DNA from: Burkholderiales bacterium
GTDB lineage: Bacteria; Pseudomonadota; Gammaproteobacteria; Burkholderiales; JAEUOS01
Direction of reading: 5' to 3'
Assembly (NCBI GenBank): GCA_016790695.1
Contig: JAEUOS010000001.1
Coordinates: 822 to 64,821 of the forward strand
DNA: 64,000 nt
A program made the translations under genes and the position numbers. The notes beneath the pieces are model-generated. The model saw only the letters and a program-made list of their open reading frames with translations, was not told the DNA's origin and ran no database searches. Shown one piece after another: positions 1-9,723 of the stretch (position 1 is the first letter of the stretch; the number at the start of each line of letters is the position of its first letter).

Positions 1-106
1 TCCCGCGCGCGGCCCGGCTGATTGTTGTCACGGCCGTGCCGCGACCCGGTCGCGGTCGTGCCGCACGCGGGTCGCGCTCGCGGCGCCCGCCAGCCCGTGC
101 CGCCCC

Positions 107-2332
107 TCAGGCGGCTGCCGGCTCCGGCACGCTCAGTGTGCCGGGCTGGACCCGGACCACGCGCAGGCGGTCGCGGCCGTCGCGCTTGGCCTCGTAGAGC
201 GCCTCGTCGGCGGCATGCAGCAGCGCCGCCGGGTCGTCGGCGTGCTGCGGGAACAGCGCCAGGCCCATCGACACGGTGATCGGCGGCAGGACGCGGTTGC
301 CGAGGCGCACTTCGAGCGCGCGCACGTTCTGCATCAGGCGCTCGGACCAGGCGCCGGCCGCCGCGCCGTCGGCATCGACCAGGACGACGACGAATTCCTC
401 GCCGCCGTACCGGCAGACGATGTCGCTGCCGCGCGCGCACTTGCGCAGCTCGCGACCGAGTTCGCGCAGCGCGGCGTCGCCGGCATCGTGGCCGTGGGCG
501 TCGTTGTAGCGCTTGAAGTGGTCGACGTCGAGCATGAACACCGCGAGCGGCTGCCCGTCGCGCGCGCTGCGCGCCAGTTCGCGGCTGAGCGACTCCTCCA
601 GATAGCGGCGGTTGTGCAGGCCGGTCAGGGGATCGCGGATCGATTGTTCGCGCAGGCTCTCGCGCAGGCGCACATTGGCCAGCGCCAGCGACAGCTGCTC
701 GCTGACGCGCTTGGCCGCGGCCAGGCGCTCGGCGCGCGTGTCGGCGTCGCCTGGCTCGATGTAGACGATCTCCAGCAGGCCGAGCGATTCCCCCTGCGCG
801 ATCAGCGGCACGCACAGGGTGCCGCCCGGCGCGTCGGTCGCGGCGACGTGCGCGCATTCGAGGGGAACGGCGCCGTCGAGCGAACCGTGCGGCTGGCCGC
901 GGCGCATGCCCCAGCAGTGCGCGGGCGGAAAGCTCGCGGGAAACGCGGTGTCGCCCCACGCCGACAGGCGCTCGAGACTGTCGCGCGAGGCCCGCATCAG
1001 GTACAGCGCGCCCGCCAGCGTGCCGTGCAGGGCGACCGGCAGGTAGCGCGCGACCAGGCGGCCGGCCTCCTCGAGGTGTTCGGCGACCTGCAGCACGCCG
1101 GTCATCTCGCCGAGCACCGCCGCATCGCGCCCGCGCGCGGCGAGCAGCGCGCCGGCCCGCTCGCTGTGCGCGGTCCGCTCGGCAACGCGCCGCTCGAGGT
1201 CCTGGTTCAGGCGGCGGATCTGGTCCGCCGCCTCGACCCGCTCGGCGACGCTGCCGACATAGCCGCTCGCACGCTGCACCAGCGCGGTCAGCTCGGCATC
1301 CGGTTCCAGCGCGGCTTCCGAGAGGAACTCGAAGAACCCGATCGGATCGCGCCCCCGCAGGATCGGAAACGCCATTCCCGTGCGCACGCCGATCGACGCG
1401 AACTGCGCCGCGCGGGTCGCCCCCTGGGATCCCGACAGTTCGGCGATCCACACCGGCGCGCCGGTGCGCAGGACGCGGCCGACGAAGTTGCCGTTGGCGA
1501 CGTCGTGCCGGTGGCGGCCGTTCTCCTCGATGAAGCGGTCGTACCGCACGCCGGCGGGACGATGCCAGAAATCGAGGCGCGTGACGGCATGCTCGCCGTC
1601 GAATTCGACCAGCGCCGCGTGGCCGATCTGCCAGCCGGTGTACTCGCAGAGCTGCCGCAGGCATTGCGACATCGCCTCGCCCGGCGTGCGCGCGGTGTTC
1701 GACGCTGCCGCCAGCGCCTCGAGCAGCCGCTCCTGCGTCGATTGACGGCGCAGTTCCTGCTCGATGGCCGCCTTTTCCGCGAGCGCCGCCTCGGCGCGCT
1801 GCACCTCGGCCTTGAGCGCGGTCAGCGCGCTCTGCACCGCGTGCAGCAGCAACCGGCGCAGCAGCGTGAACACCAGCACCGCGGCCGCCAGCCCGGCGAG
1901 AGCGAACGGCACCGACCCGCGGATCAGCGGCCGCAGGCCGACCATGTGCTCGACCCGTGCCACCACGCGGCCGTCGACCTCGACCACCGCGACCTGCGCG
2001 AGCCGCGGCGCGGCCGGCCATGTGCCGGTGTCGACGATCGTCCTGCCGTCGGGCGCCAGCAGGCGTCGCGACTCCATGCGCGGCGGCGCATCGGTCGCTG
2101 CGCCCGTGCGCAGCACCTCGCGCAGCAGATCCGCGTGCGCAGACCAGGTCTCGGGATGGCTCGCCACCAGGCGCGCCACCGCCTGCGCCTGCGCGCGCGC
2201 CGCGCCGGCACTGTCCGCGCGCTGGCTCGAGACACCCTGGAGGAAATGCGACAGCGGCACCGCCAGGCCGATCAGGACTGCCGCCACCAGCGCGCCGCAC
2301 AACAGCAGGTTCTTGGCGCGCGCCGGATTCAT
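107..2332 (-). CDS. Membrane-anchored diguanylate cyclase (periplasmic sensor region, two GAF-like regions, GGDEF domain)
   Basis: 741-aa ORF. Two hydrophobic segments flank a ~120-aa N-terminal region. C-terminal GGDEF domain (RDPLTGLHNRRYL ... RYGGEEF) with an RxxD I-site (RGSD) 5 residues upstream. GGGAGA RBS precedes the ATG at 2332. Confidence 0.9.
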   Translation of the reverse strand: MNPARAKNLLLCGALVAAVLIGLAVPLSHFLQGVSSQRADSAGAARAQAQAVARLVASHPETWSAHADLLREVLRTGAATDAPPRMESRRLLAPDGRTIVDTGTWPAAPRLAQVAVVEVDGRVVARVEHMVGLRPLIRGSVPFALAGLAAAVLVFTLLRRLLLHAVQSALTALKAEVQRAEAALAEKAAIEQELRRQSTQERLLEALAAASNTARTPGEAMSQCLRQLCEYTGWQIGHAALVEFDGEHAVTRLDFWHRPAGVRYDRFIEENGRHRHDVANGNFVGRVLRTGAPVWIAELSGSQGATRAAQFASIGVRTGMAFPILRGRDPIGFFEFLSEAALEPDAELTALVQRASGYVGSVAERVEAADQIRRLNQDLERRVAERTAHSERAGALLAARGRDAAVLGEMTGVLQVAEHLEEAGRLVARYLPVALHGTLAGALYLMRASRDSLERLSAWGDTAFPASFPPAHCWGMRRGQPHGSLDGAVPLECAHVAATDAPGGTLCVPLIAQGESLGLLEIVYIEPGDADTRAERLAAAKRVSEQLSLALANVRLRESLREQSIRDPLTGLHNRRYLEESLSRELARSARDGQPLAVFMLDVDHFKRYNDAHGHDAGDAALRELGRELRKCARGSDIVCRYGGEEFVVVLVDADGAAAGAWSERLMQNVRALEVRLGNRVLPPITVSMGLALFPQHADDPAALLHAADEALYEAKRDGRDRLRVVRVQPGTLSVPEPAAA

Positions 2333-2704
2333 TCAGGTCTCCCATCGGTCCGGGCTGCCGGGACCGGAGCGCCCGCAGACGCTTCCGACGCGCGGCCACG
2401 CGACCGCCAACCATCCTGCCGGTCTTGCGCTATGCGCAACGTCGCATTCATTCTGCCTCCCCGCGGTGGCCGGGCACGCACAGCCGCAGGATTGCGGCTG
2501 CCGGACGCCGCCTCGCGCGCTGCCGCAGCGAAGGCGGACGCGGGAAGACGGTCAATCCGGATAACGGCGACGACGCGGCAAACCTGAGCCGGCGCGGCGC
2601 GCGGCAGGCGCGCCGCCGCCCTGGCCGGCCGCGTTCACCGCCGGCCGGCGCGGCACCTGTCGCGCGGATCGCGGCTCAGGCCGCGACGCGCACGGCGCCC
2701 TGCG

Positions 2705-5614
2705 CTACCCGCACGCGCCCACCGCCCCGCACGCGGTGCAGAACTCGCAGCCGTCCTTCCTGATCACGGTGTAGTTGCCGCACTCGGTGCACAGGCCGCC
2801 CTGCATCACCGCCACCTCGCCCTTGCGCGCGTCGCTGCGCGGCGCCTCGAGGATGCCCATCTCGCGGGTCGGAAAGCCTTCCTCGGTGAGCACGCCCAGC
2901 ATTGCGTAGCGGTGGATGATCAGGCGCGCGAGGTAGGCCACCGTCGACGGCCAGGTCTGCTGGCGGCGCTCGCCGGGCACGAACGCCATGAAGTCGCCCA
3001 GGGGCTCGGCGTAGTTGAGGAGCTTGCGCAGCTTCATGCCGATCCAGGCCGGGTCGAGCACGCGCATGTCGAGCGACAGGATGCGCGAGAGCCCGTCGAG
3101 CGCGCGCGGGTAGTTGCCCGAGAGCCACATCGAGTAGGGGCGCGTGACGCCGTCGGGCAGCGTGACCTCCTTCAGGCCGAGCACGAAGTCCTCGTCGGTC
3201 GCCGGGTTGACGATGTCGACCGTCCACGACAGCGTGCCGTCGGTGCCGGTGCGCGGCTCGTTCAGCGCGAACATGGCGTCGAGCACCGGGTGCGGGCGGC
3301 CTTCGGGCGAGAGCAGGTCGGGCGCCTTCTCGTCGAGCGCGCCCAGGCGGTCGCAGCGCCACTGCACGAGCTGGGCCAGGCCCGCCACCACGCTCGGGAT
3401 GAGCTTCTGCTCGCCGTGCGGCGGGAACGGCATCATGAAGCTCTTCTCGCCCGGCGTGCGCGCGAGCACCTCGAGCTTCAGCTTCAGCCACGCGCGGTCG
3501 TTGGCGCGCATGTCCATCGACAGGGTCTTGGCCACCGCGCCGAGGCCGCGCGGCTGGTCGGTGCCGTTGACCCACACCTCGAACGGAAAGGCCTGGCCTT
3601 CCTCCTCGATGTGGCCGACGAACAGGCCGAACTCGCCGCCGGGGTGGCTCATCATGTAGGTCCAGGCGGCGTTGCCGCCGGGCAGTTCGGGCCGCCCGGG
3701 CCAGCGCAGGCTCGCCAGCACCGGCGCCGGCAGGCTCTTGATCGACAGGCGCTTGTTGGCCTCGAGCAGTTCGACGTCCTGCGGCGCCCTGTTGACGTCC
3801 TTGTCGGCCGGCTTCTCGGGCGTCACCGACAGCACCGAGCCGAGCACGCTGTTGGGGCGGTAGGTGGCCAGGCCCTTCAGGCCGGACTTCCACGCCTTCA
3901 GGTAGAGGTCCTCGAACTCGCCATAAGGGTAGTCGGCCGGCACGTTGACGGTCTTGGAGATCGAGGTGTCGATCGCCGGCGCCACCGCGGCCACCATCTC
4001 CTCGTGCGCCGCGGCGGAGATCTCCAGCGCGGTGACGAAGTAGTCCGGCAGGCGGCTGGTGTCGCCGCCGAGGTGGCGGTACAGGCGCCAGGCGTAGTCC
4101 TCGACCGCGTATTCCTTGTGGGTGCCGTCGGCCATGCGCTTCTTGCGCGTGTAGGTCCACGAGAACGGCGGCTCGATGCCGTTCGACGCGTTGTCGGCGA
4201 ACGCCAGCGAGATCGTGCCGGTGGGCGCGATGGAGAGCAGGTGCGAATTGCGGATGCCGTGCTTGCGGATCCGGTCCTTCACCTCGACCGGCAGGCGCGA
4301 GGCGAAGTTGCCGCCGGCAAGATACATGTCGGCGTTGAACAGCTGGAACGCGCCGCGCTCGCGCGCCAGTTCCACCGAGTACAGGTAGGCGCGGTCGCGC
4401 ATCGCCTCGGTGATCCTGGCCGCCATCGCGCGCGCCGCCGCGGAGTCGTAGCGCAGCTTCAGCATGATGAGCGCGTCGCCCAGACCGGTGAAGCCCAGGC
4501 CGACGCGGCGCTTGGAATCGGCCTCGGCCTTCTGCGCCGGCAGCGGCCAGTGGGTGGCGTCGAGCACGTTGTCGAGCATGCGCACCGACACGTCGACGAC
4601 CTTGCCGAAGGCGGCGAAGTCGAACGACGCCGCGTCCGAGAACGCGTTGCGGACGAACTTGGTGAGGTTCACCGAGCCCAGGCAGCAGCAGCCGTAGGGC
4701 GGCAGCGGCTGCTCGGCGCAGGGGTTGGTGGCCTCGATGGTCTCGCAGTAATAGAGGTTGTTGTCCCGGTTCATGCGGTCGATGAACAGGATGCCGGGCT
4801 CGGCATGGTCGTAGGTGGAGCGCATGATCTGGTCCCACAGATCCTGCGCGCGCACCTTGCGGTAGACCCACTGGCCGTCGGCGCGCTGGTAGGCGCCGGA
4901 CTTCATGATGTCCGCCGAGGGCGGCGCCTTGTGCACCAGCTCGACCTCGGCATCGGCCTCCACCGCCTGCATGAACGCGTCGGTCACCCCGACCGAGATG
5001 TTGAAGTTGGTGAGGTCGCCGGCGTCCTTGGCGTGGATGAACTGCTCGACGTCCGGGTGGTCGCAGCGCAGCACGCCCATCTGCGCGCCGCGCCGCGCGC
5101 CGGCCGATTCCACCGTCTCGCAGGAGCGGTCGAACACGCGCATGTACGACACCGGCCCCGAGGCGCGCGAATTGGTGCCGCGCACGTGCGCGCCGACCGG
5201 ACGGATCGACGAGAAATCGTAACCGACGCCCCCGCCGCGGCGCATGGTCTCGGCGGCCTCGGCGAGCGCGGTGTAGATGCCGGGGCGGCCGTCGACGACC
5301 TCGGTGATCGAATCGCCGACCGGCTGCACGAAGCAGTTGATGAGGGTGGCCGTGAGGTCGGTGCCGGCGGCGGAATTGATGCGCCCGGCCGGCACGAAGC
5401 CGTTTTCCTGGGCCCAGAGGAACTGTCGTTCCCAATGTGAGCGTTTGCTTTCAGGCTCGACGGCGGCAAGCGCGCGGGCAACCCGTTTGCGCACCTCGGT
5501 GACCGTTCGTTCGGTCCCCTTGGCGTACTTCTCGCCGAGGACTTCGGCGGCGATCTCCTGCTCGGGGAGGTTGGCTTCGGAATTAATTAACCCTTTTGAT
5601 TCAATGGTTTGCAT
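2705..5614 (-). CDS. nrdJ: Adenosylcobalamin-dependent (class II) ribonucleoside-diphosphate reductase
   Basis: 969-aa ORF. Length and N-terminus (MQTIESKGL...[10 protein letters not shown]) fit the long proteobacterial NrdJ family. Cys-rich C-terminal tail (CTECGN...CEFCTACG). Confidence 0.93.
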   Translation of the reverse strand: MQTIESKGLINSEANLPEQEIAAEVLGEKYAKGTERTVTEVRKRVARALAAVEPESKRSHWERQFLWAQENGFVPAGRINSAAGTDLTATLINCFVQPVGDSITEVVDGRPGIYTALAEAAETMRRGGGVGYDFSSIRPVGAHVRGTNSRASGPVSYMRVFDRSCETVESAGARRGAQMGVLRCDHPDVEQFIHAKDAGDLTNFNISVGVTDAFMQAVEADAEVELVHKAPPSADIMKSGAYQRADGQWVYRKVRAQDLWDQIMRSTYDHAEPGILFIDRMNRDNNLYYCETIEATNPCAEQPLPPYGCCCLGSVNLTKFVRNAFSDAASFDFAAFGKVVDVSVRMLDNVLDATHWPLPAQKAEADSKRRVGLGFTGLGDALIMLKLRYDSAAARAMAARITEAMRDRAYLYSVELARERGAFQLFNADMYLAGGNFASRLPVEVKDRIRKHGIRNSHLLSIAPTGTISLAFADNASNGIEPPFSWTYTRKKRMADGTHKEYAVEDYAWRLYRHLGGDTSRLPDYFVTALEISAAAHEEMVAAVAPAIDTSISKTVNVPADYPYGEFEDLYLKAWKSGLKGLATYRPNSVLGSVLSVTPEKPADKDVNRAPQDVELLEANKRLSIKSLPAPVLASLRWPGRPELPGGNAAWTYMMSHPGGEFGLFVGHIEEEGQAFPFEVWVNGTDQPRGLGAVAKTLSMDMRANDRAWLKLKLEVLARTPGEKSFMMPFPPHGEQKLIPSVVAGLAQLVQWRCDRLGALDEKAPDLLSPEGRPHPVLDAMFALNEPRTGTDGTLSWTVDIVNPATDEDFVLGLKEVTLPDGVTRPYSMWLSGNYPRALDGLSRILSLDMRVLDPAWIGMKLRKLLNYAEPLGDFMAFVPGERRQQTWPSTVAYLARLIIHRYAMLGVLTEEGFPTREMGILEAPRSDARKGEVAVMQGGLCTECGNYTVIRKDGCEFCTACGAVGACG

Positions 5615-5776
5615 AATTATCCTCGCCTATTGATGGAGGTAAGCCTACACCCGATTGGGCGTGCCAACACAGGCCGGAAGAAAAATTTTTTTGGGTGCCC
5701 GAACGGGCGCGAAATATGCAGTCAGGAAGGGGCCGGCGGCGCTTGCGCCGGCAGCGTTGCCGCAGCGCGGCGCGCT

Positions 5777-6715
5777 TTATACCGCAGTTCGGGGCGCGGC
5801 GTGCGCGCGGCCGGACTCTGCGAACCGGGCGGCCACCCGTTCTCGCAGCCAGCGATTGGCCGCGTCGTGCTGGTCGCGGCGATGCCAGTATTGGCGCAGC
5901 ACCACGTTCGGCACGCGCACCGGGGCGGGGATCGCGCGCACCCGCGCGAGCCGCGCGAACACGGCGGCGATTTCGCGCGGCAGGGTCGCGACCAGATCCG
6001 ATTGCTCGAGGATGGGTGCGACGGCCACGTAGTGCGGCAGCGTGAGCACGGCGCGGCGCGCCAGGCCGCGGCTGGCCAGGGCGCGGTCGACGGCGTCGCG
6101 GACGCGCACCGGACTCTTCACGACCACGTGATCCAGAGCCAGATAGCGCGCAAGCGTCAGGCGCTGGCCGATTCCCGGATGGTCGGCGCGAAACGCGCAG
6201 ACGTAGTCGCGCTCGTAGAGGCGCTGCTGATACAGGCTCTGCGGCGCGTCAGGGTAGTACCCGATGGCGAGATCGACCCGGCCGGACTCCAGCGCACCTT
6301 CCAGTTCGCTTGCCGACACCTGCACCGAGCGGAGCGTGCAACGCGGTGCCCGTGCGCGCAGTTCGGCGAGCAGGGCCGGCAGGAACACGAGCGCGCCGAG
6401 GTCGGTGAGCGCGACCGAGAACTCGCGCGCGGCGTGCTGCGGGTCGAACCCGCTGCCGCCGAGGATGCGGCGGCGCACCGTGTCGAGGACCTCCTGCACC
6501 GGCTGCGCCAGTTCGTGCGCGCGCGCGGTCGGCAGCATGGCGCGCCCGCTGCGCACGAACAGCGGGTCGCCGGCCTGGGCACGCAGGCGCTTCAAGGCAT
6601 AACTCATCGCCGGCTGCGACAGGCCCAGTTCGCGGCCGGCCAGGGTCACGCTGCCGTGGCGCAGCAGGGCCGCGAATACCGGCAGCAGATTGAGGTCGGC
6701 TTCCTGCCAATTCAT
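5777..6715 (-). CDS. LysR-family transcriptional regulator
   Basis: 312 aa. N-terminal wHTH (LNLLPVFAALLRHGSVTLAGRELGLSQPAMSYALKRLR). Divergent from the monooxygenase gene across an AT-rich 130-bp spacer. Confidence 0.9.
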   Translation of the reverse strand: MNWQEADLNLLPVFAALLRHGSVTLAGRELGLSQPAMSYALKRLRAQAGDPLFVRSGRAMLPTARAHELAQPVQEVLDTVRRRILGGSGFDPQHAAREFSVALTDLGALVFLPALLAELRARAPRCTLRSVQVSASELEGALESGRVDLAIGYYPDAPQSLYQQRLYERDYVCAFRADHPGIGQRLTLARYLALDHVVVKSPVRVRDAVDRALASRGLARRAVLTLPHYVAVAPILEQSDLVATLPREIAAVFARLARVRAIPAPVRVPNVVLRQYWHRRDQHDAANRWLRERVAARFAESGRAHAAPRTAV

Positions 6716-6720
6716 TTTTT

Positions 6721-6757
6721 GGATTCAAACAATCCAATTCATTGTATTGCCGAATCC
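6721..6757. promoter_or_regulatory. Candidate LysR-type operator in the divergent promoter
   Basis: GGATTC (6721-6726) / GAATCC (6752-6757) inverted repeat. It encloses the interrupted palindrome CAAT-N7-ATTG (6730-6744), directly upstream of the LysR start. Confidence 0.3.
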
Positions 6758-6847
6758 ATTTTCCTTCCCTATCCTGCAGCGCACCGTCGGCCCGCGAGCG
6801 CATCCGTCCGGCGGGAACCCGCATTCCTGCCGCAACCACGCCAGCCC

Positions 6848-8482
6848 GTGATCTATACCGACGTCCTCATCGCCGGCGGCGGGCCCGTCGGCCTCGCGCT
6901 CGCCTGCGAGCTCGGCTGGCGTGGCGTGCGCGCGCTGCTGGTCGAGCAGAATCCCGAATTCGGCGCCGAACCGGTGGCCAAGATCAATCTGGTCAACGTG
7001 CGCTCGATGGAATTCTGCCGGCGCTGGGGCATCGCCAACCAGGTGCGACACGGCGGCTTTCCCGACGACTACCCGATGTCGGTGCAGTTCCTCACCGCGC
7101 TGCGCGGCAAGCGCATCGCCCGGCTCGACTATCCCTCGATGGGCGCGCAGGGCGAGATTGCGCAGAGTCCGGTCAACCGCCAGCGCATCCCGCAGCACCT
7201 GCTCGATCCCATCCTGCGCCGCGCCGCGCAGACCTTCGAGTCGGTCGACGCGCGCTTCGCCACGCGCCTGGAGGCCTGCACCGACCACGGCACGCACGTC
7301 GAGGCCACCCTGGCCGACGTCGCGAGCGGCGCGCGCACCCCGGTGCGCGCGCGCTACCTCGCAGCTTGCGACGGCGCCGGCAGCGCGGTGCGCAAGGCGC
7401 TCGGCATCGAGCTGATCGGCGAGACGCTCAGCCATTCGCTGGGCATCTACTTCCGCTGCCCGCGCCTGTGGCAGGCGCATCCGCACGGCAAGGCGATCAT
7501 GAACGTGCTGGTCGATCGCGGCGGCATGTGGGCCAACCTCAACATGATCGACGGCTTCAAGACCTGGCGCCTGTCGATGGTGGGCGCCACCGGACCCGAC
7601 GGGAGACCGCCGGCGATGGACGCAGCCGATGTCGCTGCCGCCCTGCGACGCATGCTGGGCGAGGGGGACATGCCGGACCACGAGGTCGTCGGCCTGTTCC
7701 CGTGGACGAGGCGCGCGGTGGTGGCCGAGACCTACCGGCACGGCAGCTGCTTCCTGGTCGGTGACGCCGCGCACCAGCTCTCGCCGACCGGCGGCTTCGG
7801 CATGAACACCGGCTTCGGCGACGCAGTCGATCTCGGTTGGAAGATCGCAGCCACGCTCGCCGGCTGGGGCGGGCCGGGTCTTCTCGACAGTTACGATGCC
7901 GAGCGCCGGCCGATCGGCGCGCGCAATGTCGCCGAGGCCACCAGCAACTTCCGCAACCTGCGCGACTTGCCGACCTTCGACTGGATCGATGCCGACGGCG
8001 CCGAGGCCGACGCCCGCCGCGCGGCCCTGGGTGAGCGCTTCGCCGCCGAGACACGCAAGGAATGGGAATCGCTCGGGGTGCAACTCGGCTATCGCTACGG
8101 GGCCTCGCCAATCGTCGCCGAGGAGCCCGGCGCGCCGCCGACCGACGATCCGATCCGGTACGCGCCGAGCAGCTGGCCGGGCGCGCGCGCACCGCATGCC
8201 TGGCTTGCCGCCGGGCAGTCGACGCTCGATCTGTTCGGCCACGGCTTCCGCCTGCTCGACTTCGGCGCCGCGGCCGGATCGGCGGCGACCGTCCAGCGCG
8301 CCGCGGCGGATGCCGGCGTGCCGTTACGCGTCTCGGCGATCGGCGACCGCGGCATTGCCGCGCTGTACGAGCGCAACCTCGTCATGGTGCGGCCAGACGG
8401 CCACGTCGCCTGGCGCGGCGACGCCGCGCCGCCCGACCCGGCCGCCCTTCTCAACCGCCTGCGTGGAGGACCCACCGCATGA
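6848..8482 (+). CDS. FAD-dependent aromatic-ring monooxygenase (PheA/TfdB-type, with C-terminal thioredoxin-like extension)
   Basis: In-frame GTG at 6848 gives VIYTDVLIAGGGPVGLALA (GxGxxG). Also has the GDAAHQLSPTGGFGMNTG motif. The 5' part of the 5609..8482 track ORF is antisense to the LysR gene and was excluded. Start codon is uncertain. Confidence 0.85.
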   Translation: MIYTDVLIAGGGPVGLALACELGWRGVRALLVEQNPEFGAEPVAKINLVNVRSMEFCRRWGIANQVRHGGFPDDYPMSVQFLTALRGKRIARLDYPSMGAQGEIAQSPVNRQRIPQHLLDPILRRAAQTFESVDARFATRLEACTDHGTHVEATLADVASGARTPVRARYLAACDGAGSAVRKALGIELIGETLSHSLGIYFRCPRLWQAHPHGKAIMNVLVDRGGMWANLNMIDGFKTWRLSMVGATGPDGRPPAMDAADVAAALRRMLGEGDMPDHEVVGLFPWTRRAVVAETYRHGSCFLVGDAAHQLSPTGGFGMNTGFGDAVDLGWKIAATLAGWGGPGLLDSYDAERRPIGARNVAEATSNFRNLRDLPTFDWIDADGAEADARRAALGERFAAETRKEWESLGVQLGYRYGASPIVAEEPGAPPTDDPIRYAPSSWPGARAPHAWLAAGQSTLDLFGHGFRLLDFGAAAGSAATVQRAAADAGVPLRVSAIGDRGIAALYERNLVMVRPDGHVAWRGDAAPPDPAALLNRLRGGPTA

Positions 8483-9444
8483 GCCGATCGCTTGCCGTCG
8501 TCCTCGCCGTCCTGACAGTCGCCGGCCCCGCCCCGGCCCAGACCTGGCCGGAGCGGCCGGTGCGCTTCATCATCCCGTTCAGCCCCGGCGGCGGACCGGA
8601 TGTCGTCTTGCGGCTGGTGGCCGAACCGCTGGCGAAGCGCCTCGGACAGTCGGTCGTCGTCGAAAACCGGCCGGGCGGCTCAGGCATCGTCGCACTCGAT
8701 GCCATCGCCAAGGCAGTGCCCGACGGCCACACCGTTGGTCTGGGCGACAACGGCTCGCTGGCCATCAATCCGGCCCTTTTCAAGTCCCTGCCGTACAGCG
8801 CCGAGCGCGATTTGGCGCCCGTCACGCTCCTGTATGCGACACCCTTCTTCCTGGCCGTCAACGCGGCCCTTCCGGTACGCACCTATGCGGAGTTCGCCGA
8901 GCTCGTGCGCGCGAACCCCGGCAAGTACAACTATGGTTCGGCCGGTAGCGGGAGCCCGACCCACCTCGACTGGGAAGTGCTCAAGCAATCTACGGGCTTG
9001 GCGATCACCCATGTGCCCCACAAGGGTTTGCAGCCCATGCTGACCTCGGTTGTCAGCGGTGACGTTGCCGCGGTATTCCTCGCGATGACACCACTGCGCG
9101 GGCCAGTGCAACAGGGGCGGCTGCGCCTGTTGATGGTTGGCCAGGCGCAACGTTCGCCGGCCGCACCCGAGGTGCCGGCCGTCGGCGAGGCGGGCGCGCC
9201 GGCGGGATTCAGCTCAGGCGCTTGGGTCGCAGTGATCGCGCCGCGTGGCGTGCGGGCCGATATCGTCACACGCCTCAACGTGGAAATCGGCGCAGCCCTG
9301 CGCGAACCGGAAACGCGAACACGGATCGAGAGCCACGGGTTCACGCCGGGAGGCGGCCCTGCCGACGAGGTCGCACGCCTGATCGTCTCCGACTCCAGAC
9401 GGTACGCGGCCGCAGTCGCGTTTTCCGGGGCGAAAGCGGAGTGA
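8479..9444 (+). CDS. Bug/TctC-family tripartite tricarboxylate transporter substrate-binding protein (1 of 7)
   Basis: Signal peptide (MSRSLAVVLAVLTVAGPAPAQ), then the family signature WPERPVRFIIPFSPGGGPD...VENRPGGSG. ATGA overlap with the upstream monooxygenase stop. Confidence 0.9.
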   Translation: MSRSLAVVLAVLTVAGPAPAQTWPERPVRFIIPFSPGGGPDVVLRLVAEPLAKRLGQSVVVENRPGGSGIVALDAIAKAVPDGHTVGLGDNGSLAINPALFKSLPYSAERDLAPVTLLYATPFFLAVNAALPVRTYAEFAELVRANPGKYNYGSAGSGSPTHLDWEVLKQSTGLAITHVPHKGLQPMLTSVVSGDVAAVFLAMTPLRGPVQQGRLRLLMVGQAQRSPAAPEVPAVGEAGAPAGFSSGAWVAVIAPRGVRADIVTRLNVEIGAALREPETRTRIESHGFTPGGGPADEVARLIVSDSRRYAAAVAFSGAKAE

Positions 9445-9723
9445 CCAGGGCGTTGCCGGGGTTCCGGCTCAGTCGCGCTGACTTTCGGCGCCCCCGACCG
9501 CATCGGCTTGGGGCGCTGCCCCATTGGCGCTGCCGGCCGGGCGGCTCCAACAGTGGCGCAGTGCAGGGCGTGACCACCCCTTTTTCGCCCTGGCGCGCGA
9601 GGGCCGCAGTCACCATCGAACCGCAACGCTCGGCAGGCCCATCGCACCTAAGCCGAGGTTGCGGCCGACGGGTAACCGGGAAGGCGCGCCTGGTCGAAGC
9701 GTAGGAATTTCAGGAGATCATTT

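Noticed and set aside
1-106. Possible 3' end of a gene entering from the left edge (one plus-strand frame closes at TGA 19-21), and the CGCGAC-ccg-GTCGCG hairpin as a terminator of the GGDEF gene.
   Set aside because: There is too little sequence to identify a protein. The hairpin has no adjacent T/A tract. I left both unannotated.
215-2587. 790-aa plus-strand ORF covering the GGDEF gene region, plus smaller ORFs at 276-509, 819-1046, 1764-2564 and 1957-2763.
   Set aside because: It is antisense to a gene with clear domain content. The translation is Arg/Ala/Gly/Pro-rich low-complexity sequence typical of stop-free shadow frames in ~70% GC DNA, and I recognised no motif.
2676-5440. 919-aa minus-strand and 842-aa plus-strand ORFs overlapping nrdJ.
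   Set aside because: They are alternative-frame and antisense shadows of nrdJ. The sequences are dominated by R/A/G/P or by repetitive V/D/E/R runs. Only the 2705..5614 frame gives a recognisable protein.
8931-9647. 238-aa minus-strand ORF that could in principle be the target of the riboswitch-like motifs in 9445-9723.
   Set aside because: It lies antisense to the strongly supported Bug gene, has an Arg/Pro/Ala-rich composition and no recognisable domain. It is not credible as a gene.
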